This document shows positions 38,156-48,542 of a stretch of DNA of 64,000 nt, piece by piece (the stretch's first letter is position 1; every line of letters begins with the position of its first letter). Below the pieces are notes generated by a model. The model was not told the origin of the DNA, ran no database searches, and saw only the letters and a list, made by a program, of their open reading frames with translations. The stretch comes from SAR324 cluster bacterium (GTDB taxonomy: Bacteria > SAR324 > NAC60-12). The translations under genes and the position numbers were made by a program. The stretch is taken from contig JADGAV010000009.1 of NCBI GenBank assembly GCA_015231825.1, positions 2,677 to 66,676 on the forward strand, written 5' to 3'.

Positions 38156-39274
38156 ATGGCAAATATAAATGTAAAAGACATGATCAAACGATTTGGTCAA
38201 ACGGAGGTGATCACCAAACTCAATTTGGAAATCAAAGACCAGGAGTTTGTTGTCTTGCTCGGCCCTTCGGGGTGCGGCAAGACGACGACGTTACGGGCGA
38301 TTGCAGGATTAGAAGATATTCAGGGGGGAGAAATAACAATCGACGGCAAAGCCGTTCACGATCTTCCTGTTAAACAGCGTGATATTGCTTTTGTTTTTCA
38401 GCTCTTCGCTCTTTACCCGCATCTTTCTGCATTCAATAATATTGCTTTTCCATTGAAAGCGGCAGGAATGCCAAAAAGTGATATAGAAAAAAGAGTATTT
38501 GCAGTGGCAGAATTTCTTCAGATTAAATCTTTGCTGAAAAGTATGCCTTCAGCGCTCAGCGGAGGAGATCTGCAGAGGGTTTCGATGGCAAGAGCGTTGG
38601 TGAGGGACCCAAAGGCTTTGCTGATGGATGAACCGATGGGAACACTTGATGCGAAATTACGAGAGGAATTGAGGACGGAGTTGAAGCACCTGCACATAGA
38701 AACCAATTCCACGACCGTCTACGTCACCCACGATCAAGTCGAAGCGATGTCGATGGGCGACAAAATTGCAGTCATGAATGACGGGATTCTTCAGCAAATG
38801 GGGAACCCCAAGGAAGTTTATGACAATCCCAGCAATATTTTTGTTGCTCAATTTATCGGCAGTCCTGTCATGAATGTTGTCGATTGCAATTATGCGACGG
38901 ATGGAGATGTCACCCATTTGGTGCTTGGGGAGAACAATTCCGACAAGTTCACTCTATCCAAAAACCTGACTCAGAAACTGAAGGCGAAAAATGGAGATTC
39001 TAAAAATCTGGCTGTTGGGATAAGGGCAGAAGCTGTTGATTTAAAACTGGAGCCCACAAAAGGATACGTCAAGGTTGAAGTCGAAGTGATTGAACCCCTG
39101 GGCCCCTTTGACATTGTTGATGTTAAGGTAGGAGATGGTCTTGTGAGGAGCAGTACCCGAAGCCAATATGTCGAAAAAAGTTGTAAGCACGTCTGGATCC
39201 ATTTGAATGAAGAAAAGATTCATTTTTTTGACACTCAAAGTGGACAATCCCTGAATATCAATGCGGAGGCATAA
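38156..39274 (+). CDS. Carbohydrate ABC transporter ATP-binding protein (MalK-like)
   Basis: GPSGCGKTT, LSGGDLQR, LMDEP, YVTHDQ, FIGSP, TOBE tail. Confidence 0.95.
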   Translation: MANINVKDMIKRFGQTEVITKLNLEIKDQEFVVLLGPSGCGKTTTLRAIAGLEDIQGGEITIDGKAVHDLPVKQRDIAFVFQLFALYPHLSAFNNIAFPLKAAGMPKSDIEKRVFAVAEFLQIKSLLKSMPSALSGGDLQRVSMARALVRDPKALLMDEPMGTLDAKLREELRTELKHLHIETNSTTVYVTHDQVEAMSMGDKIAVMNDGILQQMGNPKEVYDNPSNIFVAQFIGSPVMNVVDCNYATDGDVTHLVLGENNSDKFTLSKNLTQKLKAKNGDSKNLAVGIRAEAVDLKLEPTKGYVKVEVEVIEPLGPFDIVDVKVGDGLVRSSTRSQYVEKSCKHVWIHLNEEKIHFFDTQSGQSLNINAEA

Positions 39275-40360
39275 ATGGCAAGCATAACCTTTGAAAATCT
39301 GACAAAAAAATATGATGATCTGACCGCTGTCAATGATCTCAATCTCTCGGTCAATGATGGTGAGTTTTATGTGATGCTTGGACCGACCGGTGCCGGGAAA
39401 ACCACTTCGCTTCGATGCCTGTCCGGGTTGGACAAAGACTACCAGGGAAGTGTCTATATTGGAAATTCCAACGTAACCGACTGGAGTCCTGCACATCGGG
39501 ATGTCGCCATGGTTTTTCAACAATACTCGCTTTATCCGCATTTGACGGTTCGAGAAAATCTGGAATTTCCGTTGAAATCAAAGATCCGGATGGTTCCCCA
39601 GGATGAAATCGAGCGAAGGGTTAATTATGCGGCTGCCACGTTGAAAATCGTTGACTTGCTGGATCGCAAAACAGACAAGTTGAGTGGAGGAGAAATGCAG
39701 CGTGTATCCATCGGCCGCGCTATCGTCAGGAAGCCAAAAGTTTTTTTAATGGACGAGCCTTTGTCAAGTTTGGATGCCAAATTGAGAGAAGCTTTGCGTA
39801 TTGAACTGAAGCGTTTGCAGAAAGAGTTGGGGGCCACTCTGATTTATGTAACACATGATCAGGTGGAAGCAATGAGTATGGCAGACCGTGTAGGGATCAT
39901 CAAAGAGGGTCAGTTAATCCAGAGCGATACTCCCCACAAAGTCTATAATGAACCAAAAAACACCTTTGTTGCCGGCTTTGTTGGTTCTCCTAAAATAAAC
40001 TTCTTTGATGGAATCGTGGAAAACGGCAGACTGACAATAAAAGGAAGTCCGCATCAATTTCAGCTGGAATCCGAAATCTTGGAAAAAATTAGGGGAATCA
40101 CTGGAGAACTGATCATCGGCGTTCGTCCTGAGGATATTTTTCTCACCCATGAAGCTCAGGAAGGTGCCTGTGAAGCAAAGGTCTATGTGATTGAACACAT
40201 GGGCATGGAGAATTTGATTTCTTTTCACATCGATCCTTATCATTTTAAAGCTGCTACCGATTCAGCGTTTGAAGTAAATGCCAACGACAAAATTTATTTC
40301 CGATTCGCTCAGGAGAAATTGCATTTTTTCGATAAAAACAGCGAAGAAAATTTGGTGTAA
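39275..40360 (+). CDS. Second carbohydrate ABC transporter ATP-binding protein
   Basis: GPTGAGKTT, LSGGEMQR, LMDEP, YVTHDQ. Confidence 0.95.
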   Translation: MASITFENLTKKYDDLTAVNDLNLSVNDGEFYVMLGPTGAGKTTSLRCLSGLDKDYQGSVYIGNSNVTDWSPAHRDVAMVFQQYSLYPHLTVRENLEFPLKSKIRMVPQDEIERRVNYAAATLKIVDLLDRKTDKLSGGEMQRVSIGRAIVRKPKVFLMDEPLSSLDAKLREALRIELKRLQKELGATLIYVTHDQVEAMSMADRVGIIKEGQLIQSDTPHKVYNEPKNTFVAGFVGSPKINFFDGIVENGRLTIKGSPHQFQLESEILEKIRGITGELIIGVRPEDIFLTHEAQEGACEAKVYVIEHMGMENLISFHIDPYHFKAATDSAFEVNANDKIYFRFAQEKLHFFDKNSEENLV

Positions 40361-40573
40361 ATCCCTGCTGCATTAGAAATTTTGATTGCCGAGGTTTCCT
40401 CCGCCTGTCCTCTTTCGTCGAGAAGGTCTCATCTGAACCCTTGTGAAGGAGGGCAGGACTCGCCGTGATTAGACAAGATGAAAGCTTTCTTGTCTTTCAA
40501 TCGAAAAATACAGTCGAGAATAATTCTTTGAAAATCCCATAATACTGAAAAAACATCCAAATAGGAGACGATA

Positions 40574-41425
40574 ATGAAATTTGGAATGAACTTGCTTCTG
40601 TGGACCGTCAATCTTCCTGAAGAAATCATGCCGGTTGTGAAAAATCTTAAAGAGATGGGCTTTGATGGGGTCGAAGTACCCATTTTTGATCTGACTCCCG
40701 AAAAATGGACTGCTGCAGGAAGGCGGCTGGATGATTTGGGATTGGAAAGAACTGCAGTGACTGTCCGGGGAGAGGAAGACAACCCCATCAGCTCTGACCC
40801 AAAAATTCGTGCCAATGCGGTGGAACAAACTAAATTGACCCTTGAATGTACTCAGGCTATGGGGTCCTCTTTGCTGGTGGGTCCATTGTATGCGGCTCTG
40901 GGAGTTTTCAGCGGAGCCGGTCCGACAGAAGATGAATGGAAATGGGGAGTGGAGAGCATGCGCCAGATGGCCGAGCATGCGGAAAAATGCGGAGTGACTC
41001 TGGCATTGGAATTCCTCAATCGCTTTGAAATCTATTTGCTCAATTGTGCTGCTGATACGAAACGCTTCGTTCAGGAAGTCGATCATCCCAATTGCCGGAT
41101 GATGTACGATACTTTCCACGCCAATATTGAAGAAAAAAGCTTTGCGGATTCAATTCGTGACTGCAAAGACACAAATGTACACGTCCATATTTCGGAGAAC
41201 GATCGCAGCATTCCCGGATCCGGGAACATCGATTGGGAAGAAATTTTTGATGCCTTTCTTGAAAATGAATACGATGGCTGGATGACGATCGAGGCATTCG
41301 GGATGGCTTTGGCAGAACTCATTGCCGCAACAAAAATCTGGCGGCGTATGTATGGTACTGAAGAACAACTGGCTAGAGATGGACTCGCCTTCATGAAAAA
41401 TGAAATAGCAAAACGGACAAAATAG
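40574..41425 (+). CDS. Ketose 3-epimerase (D-tagatose/D-psicose/L-ribulose 3-epimerase family)
   Basis: Metal ligands in LEFLNRFE, YDTFHAN, HVHISEND, IEAF; MKFGMNLLLW N-terminus. Confidence 0.85.
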   Translation: MKFGMNLLLWTVNLPEEIMPVVKNLKEMGFDGVEVPIFDLTPEKWTAAGRRLDDLGLERTAVTVRGEEDNPISSDPKIRANAVEQTKLTLECTQAMGSSLLVGPLYAALGVFSGAGPTEDEWKWGVESMRQMAEHAEKCGVTLALEFLNRFEIYLLNCAADTKRFVQEVDHPNCRMMYDTFHANIEEKSFADSIRDCKDTNVHVHISENDRSIPGSGNIDWEEIFDAFLENEYDGWMTIEAFGMALAELIAATKIWRRMYGTEEQLARDGLAFMKNEIAKRTK

Positions 41426-41587
41426 ACCATGAAAAATTGAAATACGGAATTCCCCTTTTAAAATTCATTTCAAACGGAAACCTGAGGAATGTGTTATTGT
41501 TCTGAATTTATTGGTATCCCCTGCTGCGATATATCCAGCTACCTGAGCTTTGGCCTTTCGCGCAACAGTCTGAAATGGAAAATTGCA

Positions 41588-42835
41588 TCATTTTAAGGAA
41601 TAGATACATTGATTTTTGGTAAACCCTTTGAGCTCAAATTCGCCTTCAAAGTCTAGCTTTTCATTAACAAATTCAGCAAAAGCCTGCGAGGTCAAAGTCT
41701 TCTTTTCTAATTTACTGCATAACCCTTCTGTACGAGAGGCAAGATTGACGGCCTGTCCAATCACGGTGAAGTCCAAACGATCCAGGGCTCCAATATTGCC
41801 ATATTGAACCGTTCCGATATGCAGTCCAATCCCGTGATTTAAAATTGGTAACTGTTGTTCTATCCGGGACTGGTTGAGGGTTGCGAGTTTTATATTTACC
41901 TTTTTTGCTGCTTCCAGGGCCTGATAGCAGACATCCTGGGGACTTGAAGAACTGGTAACAGGGAAGATTGCCAGGACAGCATCTCCAATAAATTTCAGGA
42001 TTTCTCCTTCAAACTGATCAATGATTGTTGCGATTTCATGAAAGTACAAATTCAGAATTTGGATCAGATCTTCAGAGGGGATTTGATTTGACAACTGGGT
42101 GAAGCCCCTCAAATCAGAGAACCAGATTGCTGACTCCATTTTCTCAACATCTCCTCTGCGAATTTGACCATTCAGGACGCGCTCTCCCGTTTTTGTTCCA
42201 AGGTAGGTAGCCAGTAAAGTTCTTGTCGTACGGTGTTCCTGATAGGGTTCGATATGAAGCATCAACAAATACGCCAAATCCTTGATCAATTCTAATTCCA
42301 GGTCAGAGAATCCTTCTGCCTTGTTGGTTGCCAGAGTCATTCCGTTCCTGGCTCCTGACTTTAAACGGATTGGAAATCCAAAGTAATCTGTCACTCCCAG
42401 TTTTTGGAAATCTTCAAAAATGGGGAGTTCAAATTCTGTTTCATCAGGTTGAATCCGACGGCGCAGTGTCAATCCTTTTTCCAGAATGTCATACCATGGA
42501 CCGGCTTTGTATGCCTCTTGAACCAATGCTTGATATCCCCAGAATATTTCTGTGATCACAGAATTTTCATATTCGTAGAGTCGGGTATGAATCCTCATGT
42601 TTTCCAAAGGAATAATCTCGTCCACCTCTTTCAGTTTCCATCGGTAAAAACAGGCGCTGATTTCAGGATGAAGTCCGTCCAGGCTTGTATTTGAACGTAA
42701 AATGCAAAAGCCATCCTGATTGAGGTGTGCCATGAAACCATTGATGAGATCAGGAGGAGAAGAGACATTTTTGGCATTTTCTATGAGCCATTTTGTTGTG
42801 CAGGGAGCCCTATCGATTAGAGTTTCGAGTGCCAT
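41588..42835 (-). CDS. Class III adenylate/guanylate cyclase with N-terminal GAF-like region
   Basis: FSDLRGFT, LKFIGDAVLA, GLHIG, GNIG..DRLDFTVIG, VNLASR; Lys/Asp specificity residues suggest ATP. Confidence 0.9.
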   Translation of the reverse strand: MALETLIDRAPCTTKWLIENAKNVSSPPDLINGFMAHLNQDGFCILRSNTSLDGLHPEISACFYRWKLKEVDEIIPLENMRIHTRLYEYENSVITEIFWGYQALVQEAYKAGPWYDILEKGLTLRRRIQPDETEFELPIFEDFQKLGVTDYFGFPIRLKSGARNGMTLATNKAEGFSDLELELIKDLAYLLMLHIEPYQEHRTTRTLLATYLGTKTGERVLNGQIRRGDVEKMESAIWFSDLRGFTQLSNQIPSEDLIQILNLYFHEIATIIDQFEGEILKFIGDAVLAIFPVTSSSSPQDVCYQALEAAKKVNIKLATLNQSRIEQQLPILNHGIGLHIGTVQYGNIGALDRLDFTVIGQAVNLASRTEGLCSKLEKKTLTSQAFAEFVNEKLDFEGEFELKGFTKNQCIYSLK

Positions 42836-43027
42836 CTTGCCTCTTTTTGCTTGTTGAAAAGGTGGTATTCTGAAGAACAATTTTCCTGTTCAAACTCGGA
42901 ACTGTTTTCGGAAGCAGTCAAGATCCGGAAGGCATCTGAATTCATGAAACCTTATTGCTTTGGTAACCCGTAGTGACCGTTGTTAGTTCATCAACACAGA
43001 AAAATGGGAGTTTTCAATAGTTTTTTC

Positions 43028-43996
43028 CTAAAAAACAAATTTTCCCACTGCGGCTTCGCATCCGTCCCAGTTGATTTGAATATTTTGAGGGTCATATAAA
43101 ATTTCTTCAGGAGTCAAAAGGTCGGGGTATCCAGTCCATTGTGCCGGCCCGTAAAAATTTCCTGATTGCGCCTCTTTATCCATCGAGGCTCTTATGATTC
43201 CCAAAGCTCCATCTTCTTCTGTTTGTGCATTTGACATAATGGGACTATTTGCGTCCATCCCTCCCGTTTCGGCAGTTGTAAATCGCAGATTGGTCAAGGC
43301 AAGACCCGGGTGGGCTAAGAGAGATTTAACATTTGTGATATTGTTTTGTTCCAGCTTCTGTTTCAACCCATAAGTAAACGCGCAGTTGGCCAGTTTCGTT
43401 TGATGGTATCGCTGCCATCGTGGACCTGAAAAACTGGAGTTTTCTTCCTCATTTCCATCTCCTCCCAAGGTTACATTATTTTTTCCAAAATATTTCATGT
43501 CGAGAGGGACTCCCAGTCTCGCCATAGAGGAATGATTTACAACACGGGCATCTCGAACTTTCTTTAAAAGAGGAAAAAGATCCTTTGTCAGCAAAAAATG
43601 GGAAATGCAGTTTGTCTGCATTTGAATATCGTAGCCATCCCTGGTGGCTTGATCTTTCAGCGCCATCACTCCGGCATTATTGCACAAAACATCGATAGCG
43701 TCGTATTTGGAACTTATTTCCGATATGGCTTTCCGTACGCTTTCAAAGTCCTGCAAGTCACATGTGATCGGGTCAAATATCCCGTTCGGAACTTGCTCCT
43801 TCAACTTTTGTAAGGATGATTCGGAACGTTGACTCGCGCGATTCAACAACAATACAGTCCCGCCCAGTTTTGCAGTTTCTCTTGCACACACAAAGCCGGT
43901 TCCACTAGTCGTTCCGGTGATGGCAACGACCTTGTTCGTCATGTCCTGAGTGTGATTTTTAATCACGTTTTCTAAATGAAGCGTTTTAATTGTCAT
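43028..43996 (-). CDS. Short-chain dehydrogenase/reductase (retinol-dehydrogenase-like subgroup)
   Basis: TGTTSGTG, NNAGVMA, YHQTKLAN, HPG; ATG 43996 with AAGGAG RBS. Confidence 0.9.
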   Translation of the reverse strand: MTIKTLHLENVIKNHTQDMTNKVVAITGTTSGTGFVCARETAKLGGTVLLLNRASQRSESSLQKLKEQVPNGIFDPITCDLQDFESVRKAISEISSKYDAIDVLCNNAGVMALKDQATRDGYDIQMQTNCISHFLLTKDLFPLLKKVRDARVVNHSSMARLGVPLDMKYFGKNNVTLGGDGNEEENSSFSGPRWQRYHQTKLANCAFTYGLKQKLEQNNITNVKSLLAHPGLALTNLRFTTAETGGMDANSPIMSNAQTEEDGALGIIRASMDKEAQSGNFYGPAQWTGYPDLLTPEEILYDPQNIQINWDGCEAAVGKFVF

Positions 43997-44477
43997 GATA
44001 AAGAAACTCCTTAAATCGTTGAAGATAAAATGTGAAATGGATAAATGTTTGTGCTCTGACGTCACCCGCGAACACTTGTATGAAGCGTTGTACTGAGTTT
44101 TTGCTCAAACTCGAACTTAAAAAAAGGAGCCAGAAATTTTCCCGAAAAAATTCTATCAGGTGCTAACGGTTTTTCTTTAAGCGGGTGCGTTGAGGAATAC
44201 TTTATCAAAATCAGGAAAAAATTCGTAGTGCCAAGCATCGGGAATTTTGAAAATTTTTCCGGACTGTTATTCTTGATAAATTATAAGCACCCTGAGAACC
44301 TGGGTTAAAAACATTTCAACGTTTACTGCCTCTAAAAACGGATGACCGGCCTGGAACGCTGGATTTCCAGTTTGATGAAGTGGCGCCGGTTTTGCCGTTT
44401 ATTTTACCGGACTTTTTGTTCCCTGACCGCTCGCGACAGTCCGTCTCAAGATCGTCAGCAAAGTACCTGGCGGGCAG

Positions 44478-45128
44478 CTATTCCGATTGCATTTCCTGGA
44501 ATATGGACTCATACAATTCACTTGGATGATGGCAGATTCTGTCTGCTCCCGCCTCTTGAAGTTCCTGTTCAGTTCCGTATCCCCATGAAACACCTATTGC
44601 TTTGATACCGTGATTTTTTGCGCCCATTACATCAAATTTTCGGTCACCGACCATTATTGCCTCATGCGGAGCCATTTTTTCAGACTCAAGAACATGCTCA
44701 AGAAGTTTGGTTTTGTCTGCCAAAGAGCCATCAAGATTGCTCCCATAGACGAATTTAAAATATTTTTTCAATTTGAAATGCTCTATTATCCGATTTGCAA
44801 AGACGGCCGGTTTTGAGGTGACAATAAATTTCGAGCAGCCTTTCTCATGCATGCTGGCTAAACATTCTTCAATGCCGTCATACACAAGGTTCTCGAACAA
44901 TCCAATACTTGAATACCGTTTCCTAAATACTTCGACCGCCTTTTTTGTCAATTCGTCATTTCTGAAAAGTTTCTGAAAACTGTCATGAAGCGGGGGGCCG
45001 ATAAAGGATTCAAACTGGGTGTTTCGGTCGACCTCAAATTCAAGGGTTGACAAAGCAAATCGAATACAAGCAATAATTCCCTCCTTCGGGTCAGTCAAAG
45101 TTCCATCAAGATCAAATAATATGTGCAT
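44478..45128 (-). CDS. HAD-IA hydrolase (phosphoglycolate phosphatase/5'-nucleotidase-like)
   Basis: FDLDGTLTD, FIGPPL, TSKP, MVGDRKFDV. Confidence 0.92.
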   Translation of the reverse strand: MHILFDLDGTLTDPKEGIIACIRFALSTLEFEVDRNTQFESFIGPPLHDSFQKLFRNDELTKKAVEVFRKRYSSIGLFENLVYDGIEECLASMHEKGCSKFIVTSKPAVFANRIIEHFKLKKYFKFVYGSNLDGSLADKTKLLEHVLESEKMAPHEAIMVGDRKFDVMGAKNHGIKAIGVSWGYGTEQELQEAGADRICHHPSELYESIFQEMQSE

Positions 45129-45189
45129 CCTTTATTCCTTTCAAATGGTCTTCGGCGGCGATGGATTGCATAGCAAAGTCTGCTGATCG

Positions 45190-46407
45190 TCATTCTATGC
45201 GGGTGACAGCCGGACTCAAGAGCGCCAGTGCAGCAATAACAAAGAACCCTGCAACGACAGCAAACGCCCATGAATAAGTTCCTGTCCAGTCATAAGACAG
45301 TCCGGCCATCAGGGGGCCGAGGCCGAAAGCCGCTACTGTGCCCAGGTTCATCAGTCCCATGATGGAACCGAAGTAGCGCAAACCAAAGCATTCCTGAACC
45401 AGGAGTGTGCTGACAATGCCGAACCCGCCCATAAACACGCCAAATGCCGGCATTGCAAGGAACAAATATTCAGCGGTCGTCAACCATGCGACAGTGAACA
45501 GCATGATTGCCTGGCCAAGGAGATTGATCATCGTGGCCCACCTCCCTCCGAACCGGTCGAGCAATAGTCCGAATACGATCTTGCCGAGGATACCGCCCAG
45601 TGCAAGGGCACTCAGCGCAATCGATACTTTGGTCGTCGAAAAGCCGCGGTTCAACAAATGGGCCGACATGTGGGTCAGTGCGGTGCTGTATGTGAAAAAA
45701 CCCAGCATTACGACGAGAAAAACGATGTAAAATGCCGGAGTCCGAAGTGCGCGGGAAACGTTGACGCCGGCAAAAAGAGAATTGCTTTTTTCGCTTTGCC
45801 GGCCAGCTTTATCGGATTCGTCAACGGGAGGAGAAGGGGGGCCGTCAATAACGAAAAACCAGGCCAGTGCCCCGATAAGAAAGCATGTGACCCCCAATGC
45901 AACGAATGCCTCCCGCCAGCTGGCTGAGGTCATGATAAGCGTGACGGTGAATGGCACCGTCAAGCCACCGAAATTGTTGCCGATTGCCGCGATTCCCATG
46001 ACCCGGCCGCGGGCATGAGGGAACCAGGCAGCCACCAGCTTGCCAGCTGGCAATGAAGTTGTTCCGGCGAAGCACACAAACTGAAGAAGACTGAGTGCAT
46101 ACCAATGCCATAGTTCCGACATCCAGGGCCGCATGACAAAACCTGCACCCATTACGGTGAGAGATCCCAATAGCACAGGTCGAGCACCGTACTTATCCAG
46201 GGCACGGCCGAGGAACGGGGCAGTGAGACCACTCAGCGCTGCAAATGAAGCTGAGGCACTGAGCGCGGTGCGGCTCCAGGCAAAAGTCTCTGCCAGCGGC
46301 GCGATAAACAAACCGAAAGAGTACTGAGCAGAGCCCACCGCTATGGCTGTGGCAATGAACACAACTACAATGGAGATCACACCCCGGGATAAAGCAAAAT
46401 CTGGCAT
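45190..46407 (-). CDS. MFS transporter (OFA/monocarboxylate-like)
   Basis: 12 TM pattern, YSFGLF, GRALDKYGARP, WFPHARG, GLLLDRFG, FGLRYFG. Confidence 0.9.
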   Translation of the reverse strand: MPDFALSRGVISIVVVFIATAIAVGSAQYSFGLFIAPLAETFAWSRTALSASASFAALSGLTAPFLGRALDKYGARPVLLGSLTVMGAGFVMRPWMSELWHWYALSLLQFVCFAGTTSLPAGKLVAAWFPHARGRVMGIAAIGNNFGGLTVPFTVTLIMTSASWREAFVALGVTCFLIGALAWFFVIDGPPSPPVDESDKAGRQSEKSNSLFAGVNVSRALRTPAFYIVFLVVMLGFFTYSTALTHMSAHLLNRGFSTTKVSIALSALALGGILGKIVFGLLLDRFGGRWATMINLLGQAIMLFTVAWLTTAEYLFLAMPAFGVFMGGFGIVSTLLVQECFGLRYFGSIMGLMNLGTVAAFGLGPLMAGLSYDWTGTYSWAFAVVAGFFVIAALALLSPAVTRIE

Positions 46408-46410
46408 GAC

Positions 46411-46436
46411 TAGGGGTCAAGTATTTAATTGTCTTT
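46411..46436. repeat. Putative element-end motif, copy 2 (TAGGGGTCAAGTATTTAATTGTCTTT)
   Basis: 25/26 identical to reverse complement of 1522-1547; 3 nt from the MFS start codon. Confidence 0.7.
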
Positions 46437-47003
46437 GAAACAATAAATGGGGTGCAGGGAGAATGAGAATTCATTCTATAGCAAATAAGCGGGAAAGTTG
46501 AAAATTCAAAAAAGCAGGGCATTTAATATTTCATGATCGGATGTTGGAAGCCGGCATTAAAAAATTCAGAATCTCAATTTTGGACGGTTTGTTCCGCAAT
46601 CGTGTATTGACATAGCTTTCATATCATTTGCGCTGTTCACACCTGGCTCGGATTTGCTGCTGAACTCCTGAATTTAAATTTGTTGGTGCAACAGGCGGTT
46701 CAGGAGCATCTTGACAAAGAGACATTCCTCGAAAGCGATCTTGACTTGGAAAGTCGAGTTTTTTAAATTTTTTCTGACGGTTCGGTAAAAGATTCTGAAC
46801 CGGAAAAAAATTGGGATTTTGTCTGTTCAATAGGCTGGTATTCTGGTACGGTCAGCTTTTCTTTCATAGCACCCAATAATAAGGTATTTAGATAAACAAA
46901 AAAGAGAGAGTGTTTTGTCCGAATATAAGCTGGTTCCAAGAAAAGCGGTGCTATGTTGGATCCATTGTGAAATGCAATTAAACTAATCATGAGGAGTATG
47001 TAA

Positions 47004-48371
47004 ATGAGTAAAAAGCATGATAAATCGAAGGGCTTGACCCGTCGTGATGTTCTCAAAATCAGTGCTGCCTCCGCAGTGGCTGCCAGTACCCCGATGTTCT
47101 TCGTGAAGGATGCCTGGGCTCAAAAAGCGATTGGCAATTTTCCAGTGAATGGACCGACGGTGACTTATGGTTTTAATGTTCCTTTGACAAGTATTTATGC
47201 GGATGAGGGGGAAGATGAACTCCGTGCCTATAAATTGGCGGTTAAACACTTGAACAATGGAGGGGGAATGGTAGAAACCCTCCAGCCAAATGCATTGAAA
47301 AGAAACGGGGTATTAGGAAAAAAAGTTGAATATGTGGTTGGCGACACGCAAACCAATCCTGACGCGGCCCGCACCAGTGCCCGACGTATGATTGAACGTG
47401 ACAAGGTGATCATGTTCTCTGGTGGGTCATCCAGTGCGATTGCCATTGCTCAACAATATCTTGCTCAGGAACTGGGTGTGATCTTTATGTGCGGTTTGAC
47501 TCATTCAAACGATACGACTGGAAAAGACAAGCGACGCTATGGTTTTCGTCATTTTTTCAATGCCTATATGACTGGAAAAGCCCTGGCTCCTATATTGTCA
47601 AAAGAATACGGAAAAGATCGTCGTGCCTTTCATTTGACTGCAGACTACACTTGGGGGCATACTCAGTACCAATCAATGAAGGACTTTACAGAAAAAGAAG
47701 GTTGGACCACCGTGGACAATATCATGACTCCGGTGAAAACCACTGATTTTTCTCAGTTCCTGACTCCTATTTTGAATTCTGATGCCGATGTTCTCATTCT
47801 CAATCACTATGGGAAAAACATGAACAATTCTTTGACCAACGCCGTCGAATTTGGCTTCAAGGAAATGCAGAAAAACGGTAAGAACATGGAAATTGTGGTC
47901 CCGTTGTACAGCCGTTTGATGGCCAAAGGTGCAGGTCAGAAAAACATTGAAGGTGTTTTGGGAACCACGGCGTGGAACTGGACGCAGAAAGATGACGATC
48001 CCGGATCCAAAGCGTTTGTTGAAACCTTTGAAAAAGAATATGGATTCCCGCCTTCTCAGGCAGCTCAAACCTGTTATGTGCAGACGATCATCTATTCTGA
48101 TGCCGTTGAGCGCGCGGGAACTTTTTATCCGCCGGCAGTAATTAAAGCGCTGGAAGGACATGAATTTGCAGGAACCGGTCCCGGTAAAACACTATACCGT
48201 GCCGAAGATCATCAGTGCTTCAAAGACATGCTGGTTGTGAAGGGAAAATCCCCCTCTCAACTCAAAGGAAAATATGATTTGCTGGAAATTGTCAGCAAGG
48301 TGAAGCGGGAAGATACCGTTTATCCAGTTGATACTTTTCCAGGAGAACTGGGCCCTTACGAGCCGGCCTAG
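47004..48371 (+). CDS. HAAT/Liv-type ABC transporter substrate-binding protein with Tat signal
   Basis: TRRDVLK twin-Arg signal; GFNVP..G.YADEG, GGSSS, HSNDTTG, ADYTWG; RBS GAGGAG. Confidence 0.88.
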   Translation: MSKKHDKSKGLTRRDVLKISAASAVAASTPMFFVKDAWAQKAIGNFPVNGPTVTYGFNVPLTSIYADEGEDELRAYKLAVKHLNNGGGMVETLQPNALKRNGVLGKKVEYVVGDTQTNPDAARTSARRMIERDKVIMFSGGSSSAIAIAQQYLAQELGVIFMCGLTHSNDTTGKDKRRYGFRHFFNAYMTGKALAPILSKEYGKDRRAFHLTADYTWGHTQYQSMKDFTEKEGWTTVDNIMTPVKTTDFSQFLTPILNSDADVLILNHYGKNMNNSLTNAVEFGFKEMQKNGKNMEIVVPLYSRLMAKGAGQKNIEGVLGTTAWNWTQKDDDPGSKAFVETFEKEYGFPPSQAAQTCYVQTIIYSDAVERAGTFYPPAVIKALEGHEFAGTGPGKTLYRAEDHQCFKDMLVVKGKSPSQLKGKYDLLEIVSKVKREDTVYPVDTFPGELGPYEPA

Positions 48372-48542
48372 ATTTTCATCCTTTCAATTTGATAGTACAA
48401 TCGACCTTGCCCTCCCCCGATACGTTGCTGATGGGTGATGGCAGGGTCTTTTTTCAGGTATTGAAAATTTTTGAGTGAGGCGTCACTCCCGAAAATCAAA
48501 AAGCGAAACCTTTTTCGTACGTACCCGAACAGGTCCCCACCT

